Source of the DNA: Eledone cirrhosa
Taxonomy: Eukaryota
DNA length: 64,000 nt
NCBI GenBank assembly: GCA_964016885.1
Contig: OZ024745.1
Span: 97,278,001-97,342,000, forward strand
Reading direction: 5' to 3'
Below the pieces are notes generated by a model. The model searched no databases, was not told where the DNA came from, and worked only from the letters and a program-made list of their open reading frames with translations. Both the position numbers and the translations under genes were made by a program. Each line of letters opens with the position of its first letter. Within the stretch, counting starts at the first letter, position 1. Of this stretch, positions 25,403-38,899 are shown piece by piece.

Positions 25403-27446
25403 TAAATAACAGATTAAAGTTTAAGCAAAGAATCGCTGCTTTCACCCTTAACGGGATCTTCTGAAACTAACAAAGTCAATCTGTAAACGCAGAACTGGAT
25501 ATTTCAAAAAACGTTGCAACCGGAGGAAGACAGGAAGACGATACTTTGGTTCGTGGTAACGTTCGCTGGCAAAGAACGGGAAAAAAACGAATAATACGTC
25601 ATTAATAGGAGCGGTGAAAAACAATTACGCGCAAAGACAGAACCACGTTTATGGTATAAAAGAGGTCGTAGACTAATGTTCTCTTAGGTGGAGCATAGAG
25701 ACGTTCTCTGGCAATGAACGAAAAAACGAAGATAATAAGTCATATGCTGAGCGTGGAGAACAATAGCACGCAAAGACAAAACCACGTAAATGGTATAGCA
25801 GAAGTCGTAGACTAAAATTCTAACTAGGAGACCAAATGAATCTCTGCTACAGAGTTAAGAACAAAGTAAATAAATACAATACAGAAGTAATAGAAATAAA
25901 TAAATACATACACGCAAACAAGTACGTACATACACAAGCATACGCAAAACCTTACCATAGGTATACAAAACCACGCACATATAAATGTGTGTGTGTGTGT
26001 GTGTGTATATGCTTGTGTACAAATAAATAAATAATTATATAAACGTATATAAGTAAATAAATACGTATATAACAAGCGCACACACATACCTACATATAAA
26101 TACACGAATGTTCGGAGACGTAAGTCAACTAAAACAAGAAGTACACATATACACACACCCACCATACGTACGAACCTGCATACTCACGCAGACGCAAAAC
26201 TCCCGTATACACATAGCCAAACCCTAAATACCAGAATATAAAAATGATACGCCATAACAATCAAATATACGTACGAGAAGGTATACATACCTTCACAAAA
26301 CATACGGGTAATATATACTTACCTATGCAGATAAGTAAAGGAATAAACAAAACATATACTTAGCTCCCACATCAAGACGTAAAATATCCACGTATAGATC
26401 GTACTATCCGTTAGGGTATAACGTGGGGCTGTAATACAGGAAAGTTTTGTGCAATTTATGTTTACAAGCCGAAATTGCCTCAGATTTTTTGTTTAAGATG
26501 TGGTCTGTGGCGTAGAGTATTTCCAAGGCCTCAGCGGCGCAGAGGTCACATGGTCTTTTATTTCCGTTATACGATCTAGCCCTAGCTAGGATCTCCCAGT
26601 GTAACTTATATTGGGTGTGGTTGTCTTTTAGACTCCAGATATAAGCTGAAAGTGACGTCATATTCCTTCTTAAAGGGTAACGAAAAGAATGGGTATGCAT
26701 GTAAAGACGCTGCTTGAAACTATTGGCGGTTAACCCTTACATTTGTAGACAACGTTACTAGAGAGGCATTTCCCGGATAGGGGGCAATCAGCCCGATTCC
26801 TATAATTACAATTAGTACTAACTACAGGGTTGCACGTGTTCCTACGGCTAGGTAGTTTAGCTAAATTTGAAGCTGTGATGTTATGTGCAAGGTTAGGAGT
26901 CGTAGAGTAAGAAATTTTAATAGTATTTCTATTAAAAATGTTACTATATTTATGTGTAGGGGGAAAATGCTTCGAAATAAGGGAAAGAAAGATCTTAGCT
27001 AATGGTGTGGCCACCTCCATATTATATGGTGGGTTAAACCAACAAATGCGACGGGATCTATTTCTTCTAGGTCTATTTTCGTACTCTGTATATGCTACCT
27101 TATCGACAAATCCACTTCGAGCAAGAGTTTCATTGTAATAAGTGGAATGGTCGTTGAAAATGCGCTCGTTGGTGGAAAGACGGAAAGCCTCAACGAAACG
27201 TTTCTTACCAGGTTCTTGGTTATGCTGGCAGGATGGTTGGAATGCTTACTTATGTAATTAAGCGTATCATTCGGCTTTCTATACGGGTAATACAAAGAAG
27301 ATCCCGTTAAGGGTGAAAGCAGCGATTCTTTGCTTAAACTTTAATCTGTTATTTAATAAATATTTGCTCTACGGTTCTTATATATTTGATATATATTTAT
27401 CCTTATCGAGCCCTCTTTGGATTTTAGTCTTCAATTTTATTATTAT

Positions 27447-27482
<36 letters not shown>

Positions 27483-27590
27483 TACTGTACGTCTGTATAC
27501 ATATATCTATGTACGTATACATACTTACATTTAAGTAACAGCCGTACTAAGAGTGAGAAATGAAATTTCGTTTCGTTTTTTCCGTTTATA
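25397..27590 (-). mobile_element. Penelope-like element (Naiad-type), 5'-truncated, with an inverted pLTR segment at its 5' junction
   Basis: Minus-strand GIY-YIG remnant and a 3' UTR of about 1 kb running into (TA)n. 27296-27362 is the inverse of 25397-25461. Confidence 0.88.
26404..27295 (-). pseudogene. Frameshifted Penelope RT thumb, linker and GIY-YIG endonuclease
   Basis: YYPYRKPNDTLNYISKHSNHP, KHFPPTHKYSNIFNRNTIKISYS, NCNYRNRADCPLSGKCL, LSAYIWSLK, CDLCAAE, LNKKSE...CKH, spread over three frames. Confidence 0.9.
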
Positions 27591-28279
27591 TATATATATC
27601 AAAATGAAAATCTGAAGACAAGGTAAAATTCCAATCATTTTAATCACGACACATGTTTCAATAAGAGAGAGAGAGAGATATCGTAAAGCCATGATCATTT
27701 ATCACTGAACACATCAGGTGAAAATGAATTGTCTTCAAATTCTTGATATGAGGGAGAAAATTATCAATGTTCACTCACAGAGTTTATTCCCTCATATGAA
27801 GATCCAGTAGTCAGAAATACGGCGACTGCTATCAGCTTCAGTTAGGGTCATAAAACTCTCAAATATCCATAGCTGCAAAGGACGCTGGACATTAATCTGA
27901 TCTGTAGAAATACAGTCGGTCACAGTAATTGTGAGTGGGTACACATACACTCAACACCCATACACACCGGCTCGAGGTCAAAGAAAAAAAAATATATATA
28001 TATATATAATCACATATCAACACAGCATCAAACCTGTAGAACTATAGAAGGTCACAATTAGTCTGAGTGGGTACACACACACACTCACACACACACCGAA
28101 GCGATGTCATAGAAAAAAACAACAAATATAAGAATAAGAATATACCAACACAGCATTCACCGAAAGTTCGTTTACAAAACAACAAATGCTACATTGGTCA
28201 AATCTCAATTTGACGATGTAAATTGGAAATATTGGGTTAACCACAGCCCCATACACATACACACACACACACAAACAAG

Positions 28280-29937
28280 TAAGTTCTATAATAATAGTAT
28301 GGTAGAGAGGGTGAGGAAAAAACTAAGCAAATTCTTCAAGAACATAGACCTAAGTATAGTATTTGAAGAGAACTTAAAGATAGTTAATTTTCTAGATGTC
28401 ACACTTCATCTCAATTCAGGACTCTTCCAACCCTACCAAAAACCCAACGAGAATCTGAACTATGTCAACGCAAAATCGAACCACCCTAGAATAGTCACTA
28501 ACGGTATTACCAAAAGCATCTCTAGTAGAATTTCAGGACTATGAAGATACCTTTAATAAGATCTCGAATTACTATAATAGCGCCCTGGAACGCGCGGAGC
28601 ATAGCGAGGGAATCTCATTCAAACGTCCATTAAATAGTAGTAGCAACACTGCCTGCGATAGATTAGGCCAAAATAGTGACACTTTAGTTAACAGCAGGCG
28701 TGGTACAAGGGAGGATTTATATAGACTTCATGTTGTATTGCCTCCTAGTCCCAATGTTGATGGTACCAATGGAAACAACCATCCAGGTACTAACACGGAG
28801 TTTGAGCACCGTAACGCCAACAGAAACTCTAATTGTAACCTTAATGGTAAAACAACCGTTGAACGTAATATGGAACGAGGGTCGAGTAAAGGGAATAGGG
28901 ATAGGTGTAGCAGACGCATAGTGGATTTAATCCCGGCTATCGAGGGTAATCCCAATGGATGCACGGGGACTTGGGACGATTCAGAACACAATCGTGACAC
29001 CCCAGGACACCATCGACCCACAGGCAATTTCCAGTTATAATAGACCAGTAGCTACTAAGGAGACAGGTATCACTAATATAGTTAGTAAGAACAAGAGGCA
29101 TCGGACCAGAAAAATCCTGTTGTACAACAACCCCCCCCCCCCCCCTTATTCCACTGGCCTGACCACTAGTATAGCTAAGCTTTTCTTTAGGGCCTTAGAC
29201 AAATGCTTCCCTAGATCACACAGATACTATAAAATATTCAATATGAATACCATCAAGCTGTCCTACTCCACAACTAGTAACATAGCGCAGAATATAGCTA
29301 AAATGAATTATAGTAGACTTAGGACAGCCCAAGGGGGAATTAGACATGGCAGTAATAATGGCAGCTCTATGGAGGAACGGACTCATACATGTGAGGCGAG
29401 TCGGGTCTCTCCAACCCCAGGGAACTTACCCATAGAGCAAACAGGAATTGAGACCCGACCCCAAAGGTACCGTGGTTCATCTGGAACTACCCAGGTTGAT
29501 AACAAAAAATGTAACTGCAGGAGCACCGCCTCCTGCCCCATGGCTGGGAAATGCCTCACCAAAAACATAGTCTACGACTGTAAGGTCTCCACTCCTGATA
29601 GAACCTTCAGGTATGTTGGGGCAACTGCCACTGAATTTAAGGATAGATGGTATAATCACCGCCATACCTTTAATATATTAGATTTAAAAAAAATAGCACG
29701 GCGCTTTCTGAATTAGTCTGGAAGCTTAAACATCAGAATATGGAGCACTCCTTATCCTGGTCCATAATTTGCTCAGCCCAACCTTATAACGGCAGCACTG
29801 GCGTTTGCAATTTATATGTAGCTGAAACCTTTAATATTATTAGAGGCGGGCCCCTATTAATTAATAGGAGAGCAGATTTTTTCAGCAATTGCCAACATAG
29901 AAGCTCGAAAACCTTCCGCAGCATTTTTGGAAAGTAA
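28280..29937 (+). pseudogene. Frameshifted Penelope RT/GIY-YIG ORF with long low-complexity insertions
   Basis: VNFLDVTLHLNSGLFQPYQKPN...SNHP, KIFNMNTIKLSYS, KCNCRSTASCPMAGKCL..IVYDC..YVG..FKDRWYNH, INRR...CQH. Confidence 0.88.
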
Positions 29938-30837
29938 CCTACCACTAACTCCTCCCTCTCTACTTTAGCCATAGAATTCTCTCAATAAACAGACAGTCAC
30001 ACACTCAGGTAGTTAGCCGGCTAAGATTGTTTTCACACTTACAAACGGTACCTGACTTGTTTCCACAGAGTTCTCACGGCTGAGCACTTTTAGAATACCT
30101 AGCTAGTAAATAGTTAGAATTGATTACACACTCAGGCAAGACCGATTACGCGCATCTACCTTTACTTGAAGATACCCTAACCATTGAGTTCTCTCGGTTG
30201 GGATATAGCTAGTCGTATTGCACACTCAGTTAAGACCGATTACGCTCTCTATACATAACTCTACACACAGTACCCGTTTTCTTTAGACATTGAGTTCCCA
30301 CAGTTGCGACTGATCACGTTCCTACCGATTGAACACTACACTAGGTTTTGATCCGTGATCAACTAACCATAGAGTGCTCACAGTTACGGATTGAACAATA
30401 ATACTTACACACCATTAATGGGCCTACACACATCCTCTGGGTTTTGCTATCCTTTGTTATTTACTTTACCTTTTTGTTGGATAACACACCTCCACCACTC
30501 AAACACCTATCTTAAAAGCCCAAGGGCCCATTTGACCGGAAATCGCACTTACTGACACATTAACCCAAATACCCAACCCTACACGGAGCCCCTTGCTGGT
30601 CTACATTGCGGTTGCTTGCACGCACGGTTTTGGGGACTCAGACTCTCAATGGGACAGCGGTACATACTGAGTTCGATATGAACTGATTGCTTGCTCTTCA
30701 CATGGATGTGTATATACCTGACATACACTTTTTCGGACGATACCGATGTGTATATACCATAACATACACTTGAAGATACGGATGTTACAATTCAATCTAT
30801 ACATGTATTACAGAACACTGAACTGAACTTACTTGCT

Positions 30838-30873
<36 letters not shown>

Positions 30874-31206
30874 GGGCTGTGGTTAACCCAATATTTCCAT
30901 TTATATCGTCATGATGCTGTGTTGATATGTGTATATATATATTTTTTTTTTTTCTTTGACCTCGAACCGGTGTGTATGGGTGTTGAGTGTATGTGTACCC
31001 ACTCACATTAACTGTGACCGACTGTATTTCTACAGATCTGATTAGTGTCCAGTGTCCTTTGCAGCTATGGAGATTTGAGAGTTTTATGACCCTAACTGAA
31101 GCTGATAGCAGTCGCCGTATTTCTGACTACTGGATCTTCATATGAGGGAATAAACTCTGTGAGTGAACATTGCTAATTTTCTCAAGAATTTGAAGACAAT
31201 TCATTT

Positions 31207-31280
31207 TCACCTGATGAGATCAGTGATAAATGATCATGGCTTTACGATCGATCTATCTTTTATTGAAACATGTGTCGTGA
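31207..31280 (+). ncRNA. Type I hammerhead-like motif (family I) in the 3' pLTR; the inverted copy at 27644-27721 has a mutated core (CTGATGT)
   Basis: TCAC-CTGATGA-(47 nt, weak stem II)-GAA-ACATGTGT-C-GTGA; stem I is extendable (CATTTT/AAAATG). Confidence 0.62.
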
Positions 31281-31467
31281 TTAAAATGACTGGAATTCTA
31301 CCTTTCCTTCAGATTTTCATTTTGATACTTATACTCCGTTTTACATCATTTAACTGTTCCCTTAAATGGAATTGGAGATATACAAAAGCGAGGAGAACCT
31401 AATATTGCTAACATAAATTTATTGGACCGTTTTACACAACCAATAATACACCTTACTATATAACAAC

Positions 31468-31586
<119 letters not shown>

Positions 31587-31589
31587 GGG

Positions 31590-31750
31590 CATTTTGTGTT
31601 CCGTAATTTAGCAGTTCGCCAAAAAGAAATCAGTAAAAAAAACTGCTAGACTTAAACAAATATGTACTGGGGTCAATATGGTGAACTAGCTTCCTTTGGC
31701 GTGGTGCTACAGCATGGCCGCCGTCTAATGACTAAAGCAAATAAAAAAAG
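31590..31750 (+). mobile_element. SINE 3' tail fragment following (TG)n
   Basis: ttagcagttcg...tactggggtc...gtggtgctacagcatggccgc...aaataaaa pattern typical of a SINE tail; degenerate. Confidence 0.45.
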
Positions 31751-32529
31751 TATATCTTGTCTCTTTTCCCATCTATCCACACTGCAAAACCTTCTCCTTT
31801 AATCTTCTCTCTCCCTCTCTCTAAGTTCTTATACTTTCTTTCCTCCCTCTCCCATATTTACTTTGCATCTAGTTTTATTTTTGCCTTATTCGCCATTTTC
31901 TTCTTTGTTTGATTTTTTTCGTTGTTATTATTTATCAAGTTTTCTTCTTCTACCATCCATTTTTTTTTTTTTTTTTGAAGAAAAACATACTAAAAAATGG
32001 ATAAAAGTAAAAACCTTTTAGCTTCTTCATATTATTTCTTCCATACTTTCGTTCAATTTTTCTTTTCTTCTTTCTCCTCTCTATATTTCTTTCTTTCGTT
32101 CCAGGAGACCAACTTTCTTTCTAAAAATCCATCATTCTTCACTTTTTCTTACTCTATTTCCTTCTCTCTTATTTTCTTTCTCTCCAGCGCTTCATATCTA
32201 TCTAATATATCCATTTACGACACACACACACTCTCTTTCGCCGTCTCTATCTCTCTCCCTCTCTCATATATGCTAGATATATACACGCATGTCTGCGTGT
32301 ATTTATCTAGCATGTTTGGCATTTTTTTTTAATGATCTACTTTCATGCAGTCGTACACTGCTTTTGTCCAAGTCTGCTTTACATGATGAAGCAACGAATC
32401 CACTCTTCCCTAAACCATTTTTTCTCACTTTTACCACATCATGCCACCATTCCGTTTTTATTTTTTAATCTCTTAATCTAACTTTCCACGCTCGTATTTA
32501 CATAAATAAATGTATACACACACACACAC

Positions 32530-32604
<75 letters not shown>

Positions 32605-32608
32605 ATAT

Positions 32609-33135
32609 CTGAGAGTGTTTCTTGGTCAGTGTCCAAGTCTCAAACCCGTACAGCAGCACAGACTGCACTACAGCAATGAAGAGGCGGATGTTCTGGTCTT
32701 TACGAAGGTCCGACTTCCACACCGATCTCAAGCTGTCTGAGACTTGGACACTGACCAAGAAACTCACTCAGATGGTGGATGGGTGCTACACGAGAATGCT
32801 GAGGATGGCTCAGAACATTAATCAGTATACCCTGAGGATGAAAACTCAGAGCTGTATGGGAGCCTTCCAAAAGTCAGCTCAAAAGTGACACAGAGGAGAC
32901 TGATGTTAGCTAGACATGTTCACCGACATCCAGAGTTGACATTGCACTCAGTGCTCCTGTGGGAGCCCCTACATGGACACACTGGAAGAGGAAGACCAAG
33001 GTTAACGTATGTTGATACCCTAAGGACAGACACTGGTCTGTTGGAGATGCAGGACATGGCAGCGATAATGAGGGACTGAGACCGCTGGAAAGAACTCGTC
33101 CATGGATCTCAGGAATTTTACCCGCCCTAGAAAAA
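32609..33135 (+). mobile_element. 5'-truncated RTE-group LINE 3' fragment with a 5' inversion
   Basis: Minus frame SVWKSDLRKDQNIRLFIAVVQSVLLYGFETWTLTKK continues on the + strand as ETWTLTKKLTQMVDGCYTRMLR...[24 protein letters not shown] shorter copy lies at 57355-57500. Confidence 0.85.
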
Positions 33136-33207
33136 TACATAATATGTATGTCTATGTATACATATGCATATTGCATATTTATATGTGTGTGTGTATATAT
33201 ATAATAC

Positions 33208-33298
<91 letters not shown>

Positions 33299-33509
33299 TA
33301 TATATATCTATATCATATATATACATATTAATACGTACTAATCTATAGTAGTAAAACTATTATTTCACCAAAACATCTGCTATCAGTCATTTATGGCAAT
33401 ATATATATTTAGACCACATTTCAACCTAATATAAATATGTTCCCTATCAAATTTTTTTTTTTTGGGGGGGGGGGGGGGGGGGTTAACAACACAACGCATT
33501 AATTATATG

Positions 33510-35935
33510 TGAAGCAGACGGATAAACTACACGCCAATTTTGGTGCTTAACGGTTCAGGTTGATTAGAGTACCCATCCAAAGAGGTTTATTGCTGCTGTT
33601 TTTCCCTGTTTTGGGATTGTTCTACGCATTTGCGGATTATATTCTCTTTTTTCTTCAACTCCAACCGTCAACGTGTGTACATTTTCTAAGCAGAATAATG
33701 CCTGCAACTACAAGAGCTCGTTCGGCTGTCCAAACTTATCGCAATGTTATGTCACCGACCTGTAATTGTAATTGCGAGCGGTTGAAACTGAACCTTACTC
33801 AAATCGAACTGAAAAACGCTAACTTGCAAACTCAACTTGATGCCCTCATGTCAAAGAGGTTGATAATGGAAGAAACGATATTATCACTGTTCAACCTCCT
33901 AATGATGCGACTTCCCGACCGTCTAAATCTGCATCTTCCCAGACGAAGACGATCAAAGCAAAACCGAAGCGCCAAAAGATGCTGCACAAGACAACACCAA
34001 GCAAAACACATTGGTCTCGTCTACTCATTAAATTTCCGCAGATACATCTACCACGATGAATGATGCAGCTTTAATCTCTGCTGAAGACACTGTAAATCCC
34101 TCTGCCGAGGTTTGGCGGTCGTCCAAAAGACGACACCGCCACTCCAACACGGTTGATGATCAGAACAAACCTTGTCTCCCTATCAGCTCAGCAGATAATT
34201 TTGTTACGGCAAATACAAGTCCGCTTGAAGATGAAGCGGATCGGGTCAACTCGGTAAACGGTCGCCATTATGTTACAGGTAAATGTGGTACCCCCAAGAC
34301 AGCTGCCAGCGCTGAAGAACAACAGTGTAACAAATCTGTTTATGTCTACGGAGTTTCCGAAAGCTGTGCAAATACTGAAAAGGAACCACCAAGACTTTGA
34401 GTTTATCTCAAACATTATTAAAGTCACTATTGGCGATTCAGATGACAAGACGCAAGTCCGAGATGTGAAAATTGGCCAAAAATCTGAAGAACGAAATCCC
34501 AACTCAAGACCCCGACCCATCAAAGTCAAATTCTCTACTTCTCAGCAAGCAGAGGACTTCCTTGCCAAAGCCAGAAAGTGTTACCGGGGTAGTAAATTGG
34601 ATGTTTGGAAGGAGTTCTCCTTAAAAGAAAGAATCCGCTGGAGAACTTTGAAGACAGAACTCACGCATAGCTGCCGGAGAGACTGGTCTGTGGATAAGAA
34701 ACGGAAAGATAGTACATTCTTACATTTGGGCGGCCCCAATAACGATATCCAAAGACTCCAAACTTCCCTGACAGAACAAACAGCCATCTCAGATGAGAAG
34801 GTGTGCAAGAAGCCCTCCAACTTCCTCCCGAAGATCCCCAAAAAGCGATTAAAGCCCAAATCGCCGTCCCTTGATTACTCATTCAAAGTTATTTTAACCA
34901 ACGCTTGCTCTCTTCTGTCCAAACTTGATGATCTCCATTCCGTTATTGCAGACGAGAAGGCAGACCTGATAGTCATAACCGAAACTTGGTTAAATTCATA
35001 AGTCAAAGATGCAGAGATTCACATTCCTGACTTTACTACATTCCGATGTGATAGATCTCAAAGAAAAGGTGGGGAGTTATCGTTTATGCAAGATCATCGC
35101 TCAAACCATCCCGTCAGCCTCTACCACCGAACACCGTACTTTCGGAGAACTTTGATACTGTTCTTTGCAGTCTTAATGTGGGTGGAGAAACTATTCCCGT
35201 TCTTTCCATCTATCGCAGTCCTAGTTCTACAACAGATGAAGATCAGAGTCTCATTAATGCAATGAAAGCTGTCTCAAGATGTCCAAATGACTGTCTTATA
35301 CTTGGGGATTTTAATGCCCCGACTATAGACTGCAACTCAAATGTGTGCACGTCCAACAATAACTTCGACCAACTATTGCTCGATACGACGGAAGAATGTT
35401 TCATCTGCCAGCATGTTACAAAACCGACAAGGGCTCGAAGTGGTCAACGACCGTCGTTACTAGACCTTATCTTCTCCTGTTATCCTAGATCCGTATCGTC
35501 TCTGCAAGTTCTGTCTCCACTTGTGAAAAGCGACCATGCATACTTCGCTTGCACCGCCTCCCGTTTCGAATCAGCCGAGAAGAATATTTGCTGCTATGAA
35601 TCATGATCTTATCAAAATGGCCTCCGACGATATAAATTGCCGCAGCCTAACTGAAAATCAGTCTGTTGAAACTTTGTGGAGAGAAATAAAGAAAATTCTA
35701 CTTGGGCTAACAGTAATGGCAGTGCCGCTGAGAACGCCAAAACGCAAGAAACACAATCCCTGGATAACAAAGACAATTATCCGCGAACGGAAGTTAAGAA
35801 ACGCTGCTTGGGGGTACTATCAAGAGACCATGTCTGCAGCGGCATTTGAAGTCTACAGAAAGCAGCGAAATCATGTCGAGCATATTTCCAGAATTGGAAG
35901 GCAAAATTTTGAAAGGGAACTTGCAAATGATTCCG
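33510..35935 (+). mobile_element. CR1/L2-group LINE, 5' portion only (decayed ORF1 plus APE endonuclease)
   Basis: ORF1-like coiled coil and VYVYGVSE..RPRPIKVKF motifs; ORF2 TNACSL..K.DDL..LIVITETWL, RCDR...KGG, IYRSP, LILGDFN, PTR...LLDLIF, SDH, PWIT. Multiple stops and frameshifts; RT absent. Confidence 0.88.
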
Positions 35936-36154
35936 GTCGTCACTCTCCGTCCAGGGTGAATGTCGACACGTACAAGTACAAGTAGTTACCAAAATCGATA
36001 ATTGGGCATCAATGATCAATTGCTTAGAACGATTTTTGTTAAGGTTTTCCAAATAGGAAATGGTACCATATGGAAAGGACTTTTTCCTCCTTGAAATACG
36101 TATTTTTCTTAAATATGTGTTTTATATATGTACAAAATACTGTGTTTCTCAAAC

Positions 36155-36200
<46 letters not shown>

Positions 36201-36349
36201 CCTCTCTCCCTCCCCCCCCTCTCTCTCTCTCTATATATATATCACTTAATTTGATTATTGATGCTCTGAAGAAATGTCCATTGAGCTTTTCTACTGAGAA
36301 ACACAAGCATCATACATAGCATATATACATATATATTTATATATTACAT

Positions 36350-36445
<96 letters not shown>

Positions 36446-36541
36446 CATATGAATATATGTCAGTTAAAGATGGAGCGGTATTAATACCGCTCCATCTTTA
36501 ACCGACACAAAGTTAAACTAGGATACTCCTGCACTAAGAAC

Positions 36542-37039
36542 ATGAAGGCCCACATCACCAGCAGTCCTAGGAGCAACACCCCACCAGGGTGCTCTTGCCG
36601 TAAGCCTGAAGGTTGCCCCCTTCAACAACAATGCAACACACCAGCTGTAATCTATGAAGCTGTGATCACTTCCAACCGACCAAACGAACCACAGGAGGTC
36701 AAATCCTATGTGGGCATGGCGGAGGGCCGATTCAAGGAGCGTTTCCTGAACCACCAGTCAACCTTCAGATACCCGGACAGACGTTCATCCACGAAACTCG
36801 CGAGCCACGTATGGTCCCTCAAGGACTCAAATATAGGCTACTCCATTCAATGGAAAGCCATCACTAAGTCCAAGCCATACGCAAGGGGAAATCCGACATG
36901 TGGCTTATGTATTGACGAACGAATAACTATCCTAAAGAGATTACGCAATAGTGATTGCCTAAATACGAGAAGTGAATTTTTCACACGTTGTCCACACCTC
37001 ACCAAACATCTATTGCATAACTACAAGGCTCCGGACTGA
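36542..37039 (+). CDS. Penelope linker plus GIY-YIG endonuclease fragment (open frame)
   Basis: CSCRKPEGCPLQQQC, VIYEA...SYVGMAEGRFKERFLNH, CGLCIDE, CLNTRSE..CPH. Confidence 0.88.
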   Translation: MKAHITSSPRSNTPPGCSCRKPEGCPLQQQCNTPAVIYEAVITSNRPNEPQEVKSYVGMAEGRFKERFLNHQSTFRYPDRRSSTKLASHVWSLKDSNIGYSIQWKAITKSKPYARGNPTCGLCIDERITILKRLRNSDCLNTRSEFFTRCPHLTKHLLHNYKAPD

Positions 37040-37221
37040 TTCTTTGTAATTTTATTTTTAATTTTTTTATTTTATTTTCAACCTAACAACTTTCCGGACT
37101 GTCGCAGTTATCTCCCTTACACCTCCCGCACGCACTGCAGTATTGCCTGTGTGAATTGACCGAGTTTCTGCGCATGCGCGTTCGTACAGTTGTCCTTCCT
37201 GTTCCTATAACCATACACATC

Positions 37222-37261
37222 CCGAGCTGAAGATCCACGAAGGTGAAACAATTGTTCTCGG
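37222..37261 (+). ncRNA. Minimal type I hammerhead (family E)
   Basis: CCGAG-CTGAAGA-T-CC-ACGAA-GG-T-GAA-ACAATTGT-T-CTCGG. Confidence 0.82.
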
Positions 37262-37355
37262 TATGGTGAACTAACTGTTGTGTAACCACTTCTTCCTAAC
37301 TCGTCCCTTGGACTGAGTGCTCTACCACTACGGATATTACCTTCCAGTATTCCAC

Positions 37356-37430
<75 letters not shown>

Positions 37431-37469
37431 TAAATACATATAAATATATAAATGTATATATATATATAA

Positions 37470-37891
<422 letters not shown>

Positions 37892-38185
37892 TAAATACAT
37901 ATAAATATATAAATGTATATATATATATACTTTTATAACAATTCTTCAATCACCCTAATCAGTATTTCTATTTCTATTCAATTACAGATATTCACAGGCT
38001 AGCTAATGACTGTCTGGGACTGTAAGGAGTGAGTAGGAGGAGAACGTAAGATTCAGGTAGGAGTTGGTTACCTCCTACCTGAAGGGGAGGTGAAACGAGA
38101 GGGAGGCTGGACTAGTACATAGATGACCTGAACATTTCAGAGGGACGTAAGAGTGGTGTGGAGGAAATAGGAGAGAAAAGACTAG

Positions 38186-38209
38186 TTACTACTACGTCTA
38201 CTACAGCTG

Positions 38210-38259
<50 letters not shown>

Positions 38260-38266
38260 GGTGTTG

Positions 38267-38359
<93 letters not shown>

Positions 38360-38362
38360 CTA
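38186..38362. repeat. (ACT)n/(GCT)n trinucleotide repeat
   Basis: Direct inspection. Confidence 0.97.
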
Positions 38363-38489
38363 CATGTTTACTTCAGGAAGCTGAAAAGGAGAATCTTTGG
38401 AATGTCTTTCAATTCTTCCCTGTACCACTAATAGATTGGATTTGGAGGTTCAGTGTCTATTCTATACTTTTTTGGTGTGTGTATGGTTG

Positions 38490-38860
38490 TTTTGTACTTT
38501 TGGGGAGTTTTTGCCTCTTTTTTACTTTCTTGGAGGTTGTGTGCCTGTGTTGTACTTTCTTGGAGGTTGTATACCTGTGTTGTACTTTCTTGGAGGTTGT
38601 GTACCTGTGTTGTACTTTCTTGGAGGTTGTGTGCCTGTGTTGTACTTTCTTGGGGTGTGAGATTGTTTTGTACTTTCTTGGAGGTTGTGAGATTGTTTTG
38701 TACTTTCTTGGAGGTTGTGAGACTGTTTTGTACTTTCTTGGAGGTTGTGAGACTGTTTTGTAATTTCTTGGAGGTTGTGAGATTATTTTTTACTTTCTTG
38801 GGGGTGTGAGCCTGTTTTGTACTTTCTTTGAGGTGTGAGACTGTTTTGTACTTTCTTGTA
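38490..38860. repeat. About 30-bp minisatellite (TGTACTTTCTTGGAGGTTGTG...)
   Basis: About 12 diverging tandem units. Confidence 0.93.
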
Positions 38861-38899
38861 GTTTAGATACTAAAGGTTGGATACTAAAGATGGGAGTTT

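Larger units (their letters stand above)
27598..31326 (+). mobile_element. Penelope-like element (Naiad-type), 5'-truncated, flanked by long inverted pLTRs
   Basis: 27598-28030 is the inverse of about 30910-31326; internal RT/GIY-YIG remnant; 3' region of about 1.4 kb. Confidence 0.9.
36463..37358 (+). mobile_element. Penelope-like element (same family as 14590-16503), heavily 5'-truncated, in (TA)n
   Basis: GIY-YIG ORF 36542-37039 is highly similar to 15767-16264; pLTR with a hammerhead; perfect 40-bp palindrome at the 5' junction. Confidence 0.93.
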
